From positions 1,441,757-1,505,756 of the forward strand of contig CAWDGL010000008.1 of the NCBI GenBank assembly GCA_963801885.1: a stretch of 64,000 nt of DNA, written 5' to 3'. The notes under the pieces were generated by a model, which did not search any database, had not been told where the DNA came from, and saw only the letters and a program-made list of their open reading frames with translations. Position 1 is the stretch's first letter; each line of letters opens with the position of its first letter. This document shows positions 8,920 to 18,381 of the stretch, piece after piece. The position numbers and the translations under genes are program-made. The DNA comes from an uncultured Acidobacteriaceae bacterium. GTDB taxonomy: Bacteria > Acidobacteriota > Terriglobia > Terriglobales > Acidobacteriaceae.

Positions 8920-10975
8920 TCATCTTTGCCAGGTCAGCTCCGCGTAGGCGCTGCGTTTAATTTGCACCAGCGGCCCGGGATCGCCGCCAAACTCGGCATG
9001 ATGAGGCTGCAAAAGATTCTGTCCCACGACTGAGAACCGAAGATGCGGAGTCATGCTCCACGCCAGCGAAACGTCGCCGCTGGAGTACGCGCGAACGCTC
9101 TGTCCCGGCAACGCGCTTATGTACCGGTATAGGAGATCGAGAGAAACGGCTTTAGGAAAGTCGAATCCAGACTGCGTTAACACCTGGTGCTGCGGACTAG
9201 ATCCCTGGATGCCCGGAGCGGAACCAACATCTAAGCGAGCCGGGTGTCTTCTTAATATGCATCTCGAGAAATGAGTACGAGGCTCGCAGCCTCCAGAAGC
9301 CGGCCACCTGCCATTCGGGTGCGATCTCGCCGCCTTCGGTCGTTCCCATCAAGTCATTGCCAAACTCTGCCGGCAGAAGGATATGAGTCGGCGCGGGATT
9401 GGTTTCGATGAAGGGAGCTCCAATAATATCCTCGCTGAAAAGGCTGCTGTAATGATTGAAAAAACCGGCGATATCGAGATACAGCTGATCATGCAACAGG
9501 CGCCGGTAGCCAATTTCGTAGCCGTTAAGCTGTTCTGGCACAAAATTCTTATTGGGATTGAAGCGGGCAAAATAGGGCACGCCGCCGGGTGCGAGGCCGA
9601 TGAAGCCGGCGAGAGAAAAATTCTCTTCCGCGTCAGAGGGTGTACGAAGAGCATGCGTAGCGGCGACCCACAACGTCTGCGTATCGGTGGGGGTGTACAA
9701 AAGACGCGCACTCGGTTCGGGACGTAAGTCGGTAAAATTTGTTTTCAGAAGCTTCGTGCCCACCGAAAGCGCCAGGCGATGATCTACTAGTGAAATCTCA
9801 TCCTGCAGGAATCCCGAAAAAAGAGTGTCGGTGCGCGGATCGGGCTCGAAAGTAAGGCCGGACACCACGACAGGATTGTTGGCACGAACAGCGCGCGCTC
9901 CCAATCCCCAGGAAATCTCCTGTCGCCAGGGAAGGCGGAAGCGCTGAAAAAAGTCGACATCATAAGTATTGCGAATGTCGTCAAAGTTTGGTTCGTAGCG
10001 GTTCGTCCGATCATAAAAAGCTTGTACCTGGATGTCCTGGCCTTCGCCCATCGTCCGCTTCCAGCGCCCGAGAATGTTTCCGCCGGAGAGCAGAGCGTTG
10101 CCATCAAGCACGAACTGATAAGGCGGAGCATAGGTCGTTGCGACTACGCTTTCACCCGCGCGTTGGTCGTAAATATCGCCCTGAAGCGTGTAGCCGTCGC
10201 GTTGACTTTCCGCCCAGTCGACGCGAAATCCTCCCTGCATGGCACGCCAATGGTCGAATTCGCGATCGTCGGAGTGGAACTGAGCAGCCCGATTGAAGCC
10301 CTTGGCATAGGCGCGATAATCAACCGATCCGCGCTTGCCGCCCTGGCGAATGGTCACCGAACCCTGCTCGACATTTCCTCCGAGAACTTCGGCATAGGTT
10401 CCCTGGGTTTCGGAGGCCGGTTTGGTGATCACGTTAATCACACCGTTGACGGCATTCGGGCCCCAAATGGTTCCACCGGGTCCGCGTATGACCTCGATGC
10501 GATCGATGTCCTGCATCACCGTGTCTTGTACCTCCCAGTAAGTGCCCGCCAACAAGGTGGTGTAAACCGTGCGGCCATCGATCAAGACGAGAACGGAACG
10601 ACAGAGACGGCTGCCGAAGCCGCGAATGCCGATCGCCCACTTGTCGTTGTCGATGCGCGCAACCTCCACTCCCGGCGCCAGACGCAGAGCTTCAGGAATG
10701 CTGGTAGCTCCCGAGCGGATAATCGCCTCATGAGTGATGACGTAGATGGCTGCGGCGGTTTTCCAAATCGCCTCGGGCTCTTTGCTTGCGGTCGTGACCT
10801 GCACATTCCCCAGCTCTGTGAGACTTAGTTCTTTGAGCGCATTTGTCTGATCTTTTTCCGCTTCCGTCTCGGCGCAGCGGGCGGGTGCAGACCAAGCCCC
10901 GAGTAAGGCTAGAAGTACGGCTAGAAGACGGAGACGAGCGGACCAGGCACTTGCCGAACGGGTTGATATGTTCAT
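8920..10975 (-). pseudogene. TonB-dependent receptor, interrupted by one frameshift (possibly a sequence error)
   Basis: ORF 9197..10975 has the signal peptide, plug (VQVTTASKEPEAIWKTAAAIYVITHE...) and barrel. ORF 8920..9183 holds the last barrel strands (...SAYAELTWQR). The downstream frame is open back to ~9235 (LDVGSAPGIQGSSPQHQVLTQSGF), so there is a single shift near 9230-9240. Confidence 0.8.
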
Positions 10976-11004
10976 TTGTGGAATCGTGCGCTTGCTGTGT
11001 CCGC

Positions 11005-11772
11005 TTAAGTCCTGTCGTGATCTTGGCTGGGGGACGGCCCCGCCGTTTTCAATTGGATCAATCTCTCAAGCTCTCGGAGAAGCACTTCCACATCTCGTTT
11101 TTGCACCCACGTATCTACCAAGCCAATTGTTTCGCCAGGCAGCGAAGCGAATCCTGAAAGCATGACCAGCGGAACGTCGGGACGCAGACTTTTCATTTCG
11201 CGAGCCACCGAGAGCCCCGTCATCCCCGGCATAAAGTAATCGAGCACGACAGCGTCCACTGGGGTGGAACGAAAGAGCTCCAGAGCGTCCTTCCCGTTTC
11301 GTGCGGTCAGGACTTTAAATCCGGCGGATTCAAGGACCATCTTTCTAGCGGTAAGTTCGTTGATTTCGTCGTCGGCACAGAGCACCGTTTTTCCGCCGAA
11401 ACTGGCCTCGCTTTTTGCTGATGGAGGGGATAGGACTTTTTCAATGGCCGATAACAGCACTTCGACCTCTTGACCCTTTTGCACATAAGCGTCTACCAGT
11501 TCAAGCATGCGCTCCGGCAGGCGGACGGCGGACACCGCGATTACGGGAAGATCAGGGAATTTTGCTTTCAAGCTCTCGGCAACCTGATCCCCATTCATGG
11601 CGGGCATGAGGTAGTCGAGCAGGACTAAATCAACATGGGTGCCGGAAGACAGCATCTCCAGCGCGAGGGGGCCGCTCTGCGAAGCCAGCACGGTGTAGCC
11701 CGAACTACGCAGAACGTTCTTGCGCACTTCCAGCGTATCGTGATCGTCATCGATACAAAATATGGTGGCCAA
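11005..11772 (-). CDS. response regulator with two tandem receiver domains and no output domain
   Basis: Two REC domains, each with an acceptor Asp (VDLVLLDYLMPAMNG; VDAVVLDYFMPGMTG). Lies 29 nt upstream of the TonB receptor gene. Confidence 0.85.
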   Translation of the reverse strand: MATIFCIDDDHDTLEVRKNVLRSSGYTVLASQSGPLALEMLSSGTHVDLVLLDYLMPAMNGDQVAESLKAKFPDLPVIAVSAVRLPERMLELVDAYVQKGQEVEVLLSAIEKVLSPPSAKSEASFGGKTVLCADDEINELTARKMVLESAGFKVLTARNGKDALELFRSTPVDAVVLDYFMPGMTGLSVAREMKSLRPDVPLVMLSGFASLPGETIGLVDTWVQKRDVEVLLRELERLIQLKTAGPSPSQDHDRT

Positions 11773-11953
11773 TGGTCAGAGAGCCGCTTTGAATTTGAGC
11801 GCGAAGCTTTTCATTGTGGCGGTCGAGGCTCTGACGGAGCCATACAGAGTTTCCCCTATAACCCTAAAGGTAACAAGCCGGCGTGAGCGTACAAAGCGGC
11901 CCCGATCTCATTGGTAGAAGCGCTTATCTCTGTTCCTTGAGCAAAATTCTTTA

Positions 11954-14308
11954 TCACGGCTGGGATGGGTTTGCCGATTGCAGATCATCTGTGGCTTTGT
12001 CGATTGCCGCCGCGACATCATTCAAGACTTTGGCCACGATTGGAACCTGGGCTTCCGCCTCCGCCCATTTTTTCTCGTCCATATACTCGCGCACCGCCGC
12101 AATTGGCTTCGCTCCATAGCCGGTGTACGCGCCGGGAGCGTAGACCTGATGTTTGAACCAGGGGCGTTCGGGTAGTCCGCGTTCAGTCAGAAAAGTTCGC
12201 TGAATCTTCAGGAGATCGGCGTTCAGAGAACTCACGACTTGCGGAGAAAGTGCGGGCGCACCTTCGCCCTGAGCTTTCGCGAATGCGGATTCATAACGCT
12301 CCGCACTGCGTTTAATCGCTTCTACTCCGTTTTTCAGGGGCGCGAAGTTCATATAGGGTGGGTCGCTTTCATGAGGCGGAGGCACCGAAGTCTTTCGTGG
12401 ATCGGCGACCGCATTAAAGACGCCCTCTTTTAATTCCAGGTTGCGCTCGGAAATCTCTTCCTGCTTTTCTTTGAGTTGTTTCTCAAGTTCAGTTACATAC
12501 TTGGCGATCGTCTCGGCCATGCCGGAGTATTCGAAGGGAATAATGTCGGCATCGGCCAGGCGCATGACGGCCGTGCCGCCGGTTTGCGCCATGGCGCGAC
12601 CGTACACAAAATCGGTGTCGACGAAGTGTGTATACCAGTAGAAGTCGTCGTAAATGGAGTGATAGGCATCGGCATCGTTTTCGCCGCCGTACCCGAAGTT
12701 CAGGGCCGAGATGCCGGCATGGTCGAGGAACGAAGCATAGTCGGAACCGTCGCCGAGCGCTCCGATGGTGAGGTTAGCGCGTTTGCGTATCTCGTTTCTC
12801 TCCTCCTGATTCTTCGCGTTGGCGATGCGGGCGAAACGAGATCGTTGCCACACCGAGATATTTTTCTCTGGATCGTTGATCTCGCGGACGACGTCATTGG
12901 TAAGTTTTTCCAGATCATGCGAGCCGGAAGCGCGAAAAAATCCACGGCCGTTGCTATCGGAATTGATGTACGCAACAGCATGCTTTTGCAGTTCGTCGCC
13001 GTGGGTTTCAACCCATTCGGTCGAGCCGAGCAATCCCGGTTCTTCACCGTCCCATGCGCAGTAGATAATCGTGCGCTTCGGATTCCATCCTTGCTTGTGC
13101 AGTTCGCCCAGCATGCGTGCTTCTTCGAGTACAGCTGACATCCCGGAGAGCGGGTCGTCGGCGCCATTCACCCAGGCGTCGAAGTGATTGCCGCGAATCA
13201 CCCACTGATCGGCATCATCGGAGCCATGCATCGTGGCGATGACGTCGTTCACCGGCTTCATATCCCAGTTCGATGTAACTTTGAGATGAACCTTCGCGGG
13301 ACCCGGTCCGATGTGATAGGTGATGGGCAATGCGCCTCGCCATTTTTCCGGCGCGACCGGTCCCGTTAATGCGGAGAGAAGGGGCAGAGCGTCGCCCCAC
13401 GAAATGGGAAGCACGGGAATTTTGGTAATCGTTTTCGCTTCCTTGATCGAGAGACGTTTAGCATCGGCGGTCGCCCCGACTCCGGGCGTTAGAGGATCGC
13501 CCGGATAATCGGTGTCCATCACGCTGCCGCGCTGCACGCCTTCTTTCGGCCGCCATCCGCCCTTGGGATAATCGTCGCCCTGATAGAAGCCGTCATCTTT
13601 CGGGTCGGAATAAATGATGCATCCAATGGCGCCGTGTTCGCCGGCGACTTTGGGCTTGGTGCCGCGCCAGTTTTCTCCGTAGCGGGCGATGACGATGGCG
13701 CCTTTTACCGAAATTCCCAGGCGGTCGAGTTGTTCGTAGTCTTCGCGGCTGCCGTAATTGACGTAGACCAGCGGGGCAGTCACGTCTCCGTCGATCGAAT
13801 ATGCGTTGTAGGTGGGCAACTGCTCTGCCGTTTGGTTCGACGTGGGATCTACGGAAACCGGCGGTTCCTGCAGCTTGGCACGGAACTGCGTGGGAGCGAT
13901 CAGTTCCACGATTCGTTCTTTGGGGGTAGGGAACAATACCTGAAAAGTTTCGATGTGCGCATCGAATCCCCACTCTTTGAATTTCGAGAGAATCCATTCT
14001 GCATTGTCCTTATCGTAGGGCGAGCCGACATGGTGCGGACGAGCGCTCATCCGGCGCATGTTTTCGCGCAAGTTGTCGGGGAGAATGCCGTCCTGAAATT
14101 TCTTTTCCCACTCGTGTTCGGGGCTGGAGGACTGTGCGGTATATCCGGCGAGTTGCGACGATGCGCCGTTTTTCGCCGACGCCATTTGCGCGCCGTTCGA
14201 GGATGCGACAAAGAGAACTATGCAGCAGGAAACGAGTGAGCGGATCAGCTTCAAGCGGACCTCCCCTAAATTGAGATCGACGACCAGGCTCTGAATGCGA
14301 GTTGGCAT
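11954..14308 (-). CDS. M28 peptidase of the glutamate carboxypeptidase II / transferrin-receptor-like type (PA + M28 + TfR-dimer domains)
   Basis: WDGEEPGLLGSTEW and GNHFDAW zinc-site motifs, a PA-domain insert and a C-terminal helical domain. ATG 14308 preferred over GTG 14338. Confidence 0.85.
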   Translation of the reverse strand: MPTRIQSLVVDLNLGEVRLKLIRSLVSCCIVLFVASSNGAQMASAKNGASSQLAGYTAQSSSPEHEWEKKFQDGILPDNLRENMRRMSARPHHVGSPYDKDNAEWILSKFKEWGFDAHIETFQVLFPTPKERIVELIAPTQFRAKLQEPPVSVDPTSNQTAEQLPTYNAYSIDGDVTAPLVYVNYGSREDYEQLDRLGISVKGAIVIARYGENWRGTKPKVAGEHGAIGCIIYSDPKDDGFYQGDDYPKGGWRPKEGVQRGSVMDTDYPGDPLTPGVGATADAKRLSIKEAKTITKIPVLPISWGDALPLLSALTGPVAPEKWRGALPITYHIGPGPAKVHLKVTSNWDMKPVNDVIATMHGSDDADQWVIRGNHFDAWVNGADDPLSGMSAVLEEARMLGELHKQGWNPKRTIIYCAWDGEEPGLLGSTEWVETHGDELQKHAVAYINSDSNGRGFFRASGSHDLEKLTNDVVREINDPEKNISVWQRSRFARIANAKNQEERNEIRKRANLTIGALGDGSDYASFLDHAGISALNFGYGGENDADAYHSIYDDFYWYTHFVDTDFVYGRAMAQTGGTAVMRLADADIIPFEYSGMAETIAKYVTELEKQLKEKQEEISERNLELKEGVFNAVADPRKTSVPPPHESDPPYMNFAPLKNGVEAIKRSAERYESAFAKAQGEGAPALSPQVVSSLNADLLKIQRTFLTERGLPERPWFKHQVYAPGAYTGYGAKPIAAVREYMDEKKWAEAEAQVPIVAKVLNDVAAAIDKATDDLQSANPSQP

Positions 14309-14407
14309 TATAGAACCTGGAATCAATTTTCCCGCCACGAAGATTTTGTTGAGAATTTAGGACCGACAGGTTTATTGTTTACGTTCTCCGGAGGAACCGC
14401 CTTGCGA

Positions 14408-17400
14408 ATGATTGTTCTGCGAACGATTGCCCTGCGAATGACCGCTCTCCTTTTCTTGATGGCATTTTCTATCAGTTCAGTCTCAGCTCAGCAGAAACCG
14501 AAGGTCCAACCAAAACCGGGAACCGAGCCCGGCCAAAAACCGGCGGAAGCGCAGCCGGCCAACCCTGCCGCAGGCACGCCAGCGGATGAGGCCGATCAAG
14601 ATGAACACGCGGCTGAGGGGCCGTGGAAGGGGATGCAGTATCGGCTGGTAGGTCCGTTTCGCGGCGGCCGCGTCGTGGCAGTGTCGGGCGTAGTTGGTCA
14701 GGACGACGTTTATTATTTTGGCGCCGTGGCCGGCGGTGTGTGGAAGACGACGGACGGCGGTCTCAACTGGAAACCTATTTTCGATAAGACGAAAGATGCG
14801 TCGCCATCGATTGGAGCGATCGCTGTTTCAGAGTCAGACCCGAATGTAATTTATGTTGGCACCGGCGAAGCCTGCATCCGTGGCAATATTGTCGGCGGCA
14901 ACGGAGTGTGGAAGTCACTGGATGCGGGTAAGACATGGAAGTTTGTCGGCCTCGGCGATACGCACGCTATCGGTCGACTGGCGGTAAATCCCAAGAATCC
15001 TGACATTGCTTTTGTCGCCGCGTTGGGGCATCCCTTCGCCGACAATGAAGAGCGCGGGATTTTCCGCACACGCGACGGCGGCAAGACCTGGGAGAAAGTT
15101 CTCTACAAAGACGCTAAGAGCGGCGCCATCGACGTCGTTTTCGATCCCAGCAATTCCAATATTCTGTTCGCGGCCCTGTGGCAGACGAAGCGCACCCCTT
15201 GGAGCCTCGACAGCGGCGGCCCCGGCAGCGGTTTATATCGATCCGTTGACGGCGGAACTACATGGAAAGAATTGAAGGGGCACGGACTGCCGGAAGGAAT
15301 AATGGGCAGGATCGGCGTGACCGTTTCCGGCGCGAATCCAAATCGCGTATGGGCCGTGATCGAAGCTGAGAAGGGTGGAATCTATCGCTCCGACGACGGC
15401 GGCGACTCCTGGCATCTCCTGACTGACGATCACCGCTTTCGCCAGCGCGCCTGGTACTACTCGCACATTTTTGCCGACCCGAAATCTGCGGACACAGTTT
15501 ACATCTTGAATACGGGCGTATACCGCTCCAATGATGGCGGAAAAACGTTCACTCCGATTCGCGCGCCGCATGGGGATAATCATGGATTGTGGATCGATCC
15601 GACGAATCCCAGGCGGCTCATCAACGGAAACGATGGAGGCGCGACCATCTCCACGAATTACGGCGAAAGCTGGACCAGCGAAAATAATCAGCCTACGGCG
15701 CAGTTCTACCATGTCACGACTGATAACCGGTTTCCGTATTACATTTATGGCGCGCAGCAGGACAATTCAACGGTGGGAATTGCGAGCGCCAGTGCCGATG
15801 GCTCGATTGATCGTCCTGACTGGTATGAGGTGGGCGGCGGCGAGAGTGGATATATCGCGCCTGACCCCACGGATCCATTAATTGTTTACGCAGGTTCTTA
15901 CGGCGGCGACATTTCGCGCCACGATCAACACACGCACGAAGAGCAGGCAATCAACCCGTGGCCGGTGAATCCCATCGGATGGGCCGCGGCCGACGTGAAG
16001 CATCGCTTTCAGTGGACGGAGCCGATTGTGTTTTCGCCGCATGACCCCAAGACGCTGTACTTCGCCGGGGAAGTGTTATTCAAAACCACGGACGGGGGAA
16101 TGAGTTGGACAATCATCAGTCCAGATCTGACGCGCAACGATAAATCGAAGCAGGCCGCGTCGGGCGGTCCGATTACAAAAGACAACACCGGCGTGGAAGT
16201 GTACGACACGATTTTTTCCGTGGTGGAATCGCCAGTGCAGAAGGATTTGATTTGGGCCGGAACCGATGACGGCCTGGTGCAGTTGACGCGCGATGGAGGC
16301 CAGAAGTGGGAGAACGTCACTCCCAAGGCGATGCCGGAATGGGGCACCGTCAGCATGATTGAGGCGTCGCCAAAGGACGCGGGCACTGCATACCTGGCCG
16401 TTGAACGGCACAAGATGGATGACTTCGCGCCATATGTTTTCAAAACCACCGACTTCGGAAAAACCTGGACCAAGCTGGTGAATGGAATTCCGACGACCGA
16501 TTACGTACACGCGGTGCGCGTCGATCCGAGTCGCGCGGGGTTGCTCTTCGCGGGAACGGAGCAAGGAGTCTATGTTTCCTTCGACGATGGCGGACACTGG
16601 CAAGCGCTGCAAATTAACTTGCCGATGGCGCCGGTGAATGATCTCGTCGTCAAGAAAAATAATAACGAGAGTAACGATCTGGTCGTGGCTACGCACGGGC
16701 GCAGCTTCTGGGTGCTCGACGACATTGCTCCGTTGGAACAATACGAAGAGTCGGTGCCGCAACAGGAAGCGCACCTGTTCACACCGGCAGCCTGCAGCCA
16801 TACGGTATTTGGGGGAGGATTTCGTTCGCAGGGGAACGTGGGAAAGAATCCGCCGGCGGGAGTCGTGATTGATTACTGGTTGAAAACTTCGTTGAAGAAG
16901 CCGGAAAAGAAAGAAGCGGCGGCTGGCGGCCCTGATGCGAAGCCGAAAAGCGAAGCTGATGCCAAGAGCGGAGACGAAAAGAAAAAAGACGAGGCGCCGA
17001 AGATCACCCTCGAAATTCTGGATTCTTCCGGAAAAATAATTCGCAAATATCCCAAGAAAGAAGAGCCAGACTCGGAAGAGGAAGGCTTTTTTGGGCGCGG
17101 CGGAGGGGCTGAAAACCTGCCCGCTGATGCGGGCCTGAACCGGTTTGTCTGGGACCTGCGCTATGAAGGAGCGACCAAAGTTCCGCACGCTCCACTGTGG
17201 GGTGGCAGCACCGAGGGTCCGGTGGCGCTGCCGGGCACATATCAAGTGCGTCTTACCGTGCTGGGCAAGGCTTATACCGCTCCGCTCGAAATCAAGGCCG
17301 ATCCTCGGTTGAAGGTTACTCAAGAAGATCTGGCGAAACAATTCGATCTGCTGTTGAAGATCCGCGACAAAGTCACGGAGACGGATGATGCCATCATTCA

Positions 17401-17800
17401 GATTCGCGACGTGCGCGAGCAGATGAATGCGGAGAACAAGCGGCTCAAGAATGATCCGCGGGAGAAGACGATCGCCGATGCCGGTAAAGCATTGGACAAG
17501 AAAATGACCGAAGTGGAAGAACAGCTGATCCAGACCAAAGCCAAGAGTGGACAGGATGTACTCAATTTTCCAGTTCGGCTGAACAACCACATCGTTGCGC
17601 TGGGTGGGGTGGTAGGAAGCGCCGATACGGCTCCAACCAAGCAGTCCTATGAAGTGTTTGACATGCTCAGCAAGCAAATCGATGAACAATTAGCCAAGTG
17701 GAAGGCGATTGTTGCGAGCGACGTCGCAGCCTACAACAGCCTGGTCAAGCAGCAGGATGTTCCGGCGATTATGGTGACGCAACCGGAAGCCGGGAAGTGA
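14408..17800 (+). CDS. BNR/sortilin (VPS10)-repeat protein, secreted
   Basis: At least 10 S/TxDxGxTW-type motifs (TTDGGLNWK, SLDAGKTWK, TRDGGKTWE, SVDGGTTWK, SDDGGDSWH, TTDGGMSWT, ...). Signal peptide after ATG 14408 (track start 14375 is TTG). K/E-rich insert around 16890-17000. Confidence 0.85.
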   Translation: MIVLRTIALRMTALLFLMAFSISSVSAQQKPKVQPKPGTEPGQKPAEAQPANPAAGTPADEADQDEHAAEGPWKGMQYRLVGPFRGGRVVAVSGVVGQDDVYYFGAVAGGVWKTTDGGLNWKPIFDKTKDASPSIGAIAVSESDPNVIYVGTGEACIRGNIVGGNGVWKSLDAGKTWKFVGLGDTHAIGRLAVNPKNPDIAFVAALGHPFADNEERGIFRTRDGGKTWEKVLYKDAKSGAIDVVFDPSNSNILFAALWQTKRTPWSLDSGGPGSGLYRSVDGGTTWKELKGHGLPEGIMGRIGVTVSGANPNRVWAVIEAEKGGIYRSDDGGDSWHLLTDDHRFRQRAWYYSHIFADPKSADTVYILNTGVYRSNDGGKTFTPIRAPHGDNHGLWIDPTNPRRLINGNDGGATISTNYGESWTSENNQPTAQFYHVTTDNRFPYYIYGAQQDNSTVGIASASADGSIDRPDWYEVGGGESGYIAPDPTDPLIVYAGSYGGDISRHDQHTHEEQAINPWPVNPIGWAAADVKHRFQWTEPIVFSPHDPKTLYFAGEVLFKTTDGGMSWTIISPDLTRNDKSKQAASGGPITKDNTGVEVYDTIFSVVESPVQKDLIWAGTDDGLVQLTRDGGQKWENVTPKAMPEWGTVSMIEASPKDAGTAYLAVERHKMDDFAPYVFKTTDFGKTWTKLVNGIPTTDYVHAVRVDPSRAGLLFAGTEQGVYVSFDDGGHWQALQINLPMAPVNDLVVKKNNNESNDLVVATHGRSFWVLDDIAPLEQYEESVPQQEAHLFTPAACSHTVFGGGFRSQGNVGKNPPAGVVIDYWLKTSLKKPEKKEAAAGGPDAKPKSEADAKSGDEKKKDEAPKITLEILDSSGKIIRKYPKKEEPDSEEEGFFGRGGGAENLPADAGLNRFVWDLRYEGATKVPHAPLWGGSTEGPVALPGTYQVRLTVLGKAYTAPLEIKADPRLKVTQEDLAKQFDLLLKIRDKVTETDDAIIQIRDVREQMNAENKRLKNDPREKTIADAGKALDKKMTEVEEQLIQTKAKSGQDVLNFPVRLNNHIVALGGVVGSADTAPTKQSYEVFDMLSKQIDEQLAKWKAIVASDVAAYNSLVKQQDVPAIMVTQPEAGK

Positions 17801-17854
17801 TAAGGAATTTCAGAGCAGGAACGTACGTCGGGTCACCCCAATTATCGCGTTCCA

Positions 17855-18304
17855 TTATTTGGCGCGCCGAGCTTCCGCCTCTGCCAGCCAGCCGCGCCGT
17901 AACGACTCGGGCGGAATACTCGACATGTAGGGTTTGAGATCGAGAAGCGGCGTTCCATCAAGCATGTCAACGCCTCGAACGCGCAGCGAATTGCAGTCAC
18001 GGCCGAGGAGTTCCACGACAGTAAGTCCAATTGGATTCGGTCGTCTCGGGGAACGAGTGGCGAAAACGCCGTGCGGAAGATCGTCAATGGGCGGAGTGCC
18101 GACCAAATCAAATCCTTCGGCGCGATCGAACACCCACAACACAAATAAGTGAGAAAACCCTTCGATGTCTTTCAGCCCTGCTTCAAACTGAGGAAGGATT
18201 TCGAGAATGCCTTCGGCATCGTGCTTCGCGCCGAAGCCTTTAGGGATTTCTTTTGTGTTCTTATACGGACTTTTCACATACCCGATCGGCTGCGGCGAGA
18301 ACAT
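17855..18304 (-). CDS. trmO: tRNA (t6A37-N6)-methyltransferase TrmO (TsaA/YaeB family)
   Basis: IGYVKSPYKNTKEIPKG, FSHLFVLWVFD, RSPRRPNPIGLTVVELL, LDGTPLLDLKPY. Confidence 0.85.
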   Translation of the reverse strand: MFSPQPIGYVKSPYKNTKEIPKGFGAKHDAEGILEILPQFEAGLKDIEGFSHLFVLWVFDRAEGFDLVGTPPIDDLPHGVFATRSPRRPNPIGLTVVELLGRDCNSLRVRGVDMLDGTPLLDLKPYMSSIPPESLRRGWLAEAEARRAK

Positions 18305-18381
18305 ATTGGCTCTTGATCCTTGACTTTGAAGAGCTTGCCTTGAAGAGCTCGATTCTGAAGAGATGGAGCGTTCAGTCGCGT

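Noticed and set aside
16076-17689. Very long antisense ORFs: 537 aa opposite the BNR/sortilin gene, plus 43676..44800 (374 aa opposite gatA), 5743..6573, 10022..10828, 35642..36667, 23177..23845 and 12476..13138.
   Set aside because: Each lies entirely inside a gene with strong domain evidence on the other strand. Their translations are Arg/Gly/His-rich with no motifs, as expected for shadow ORFs in GC-rich DNA.
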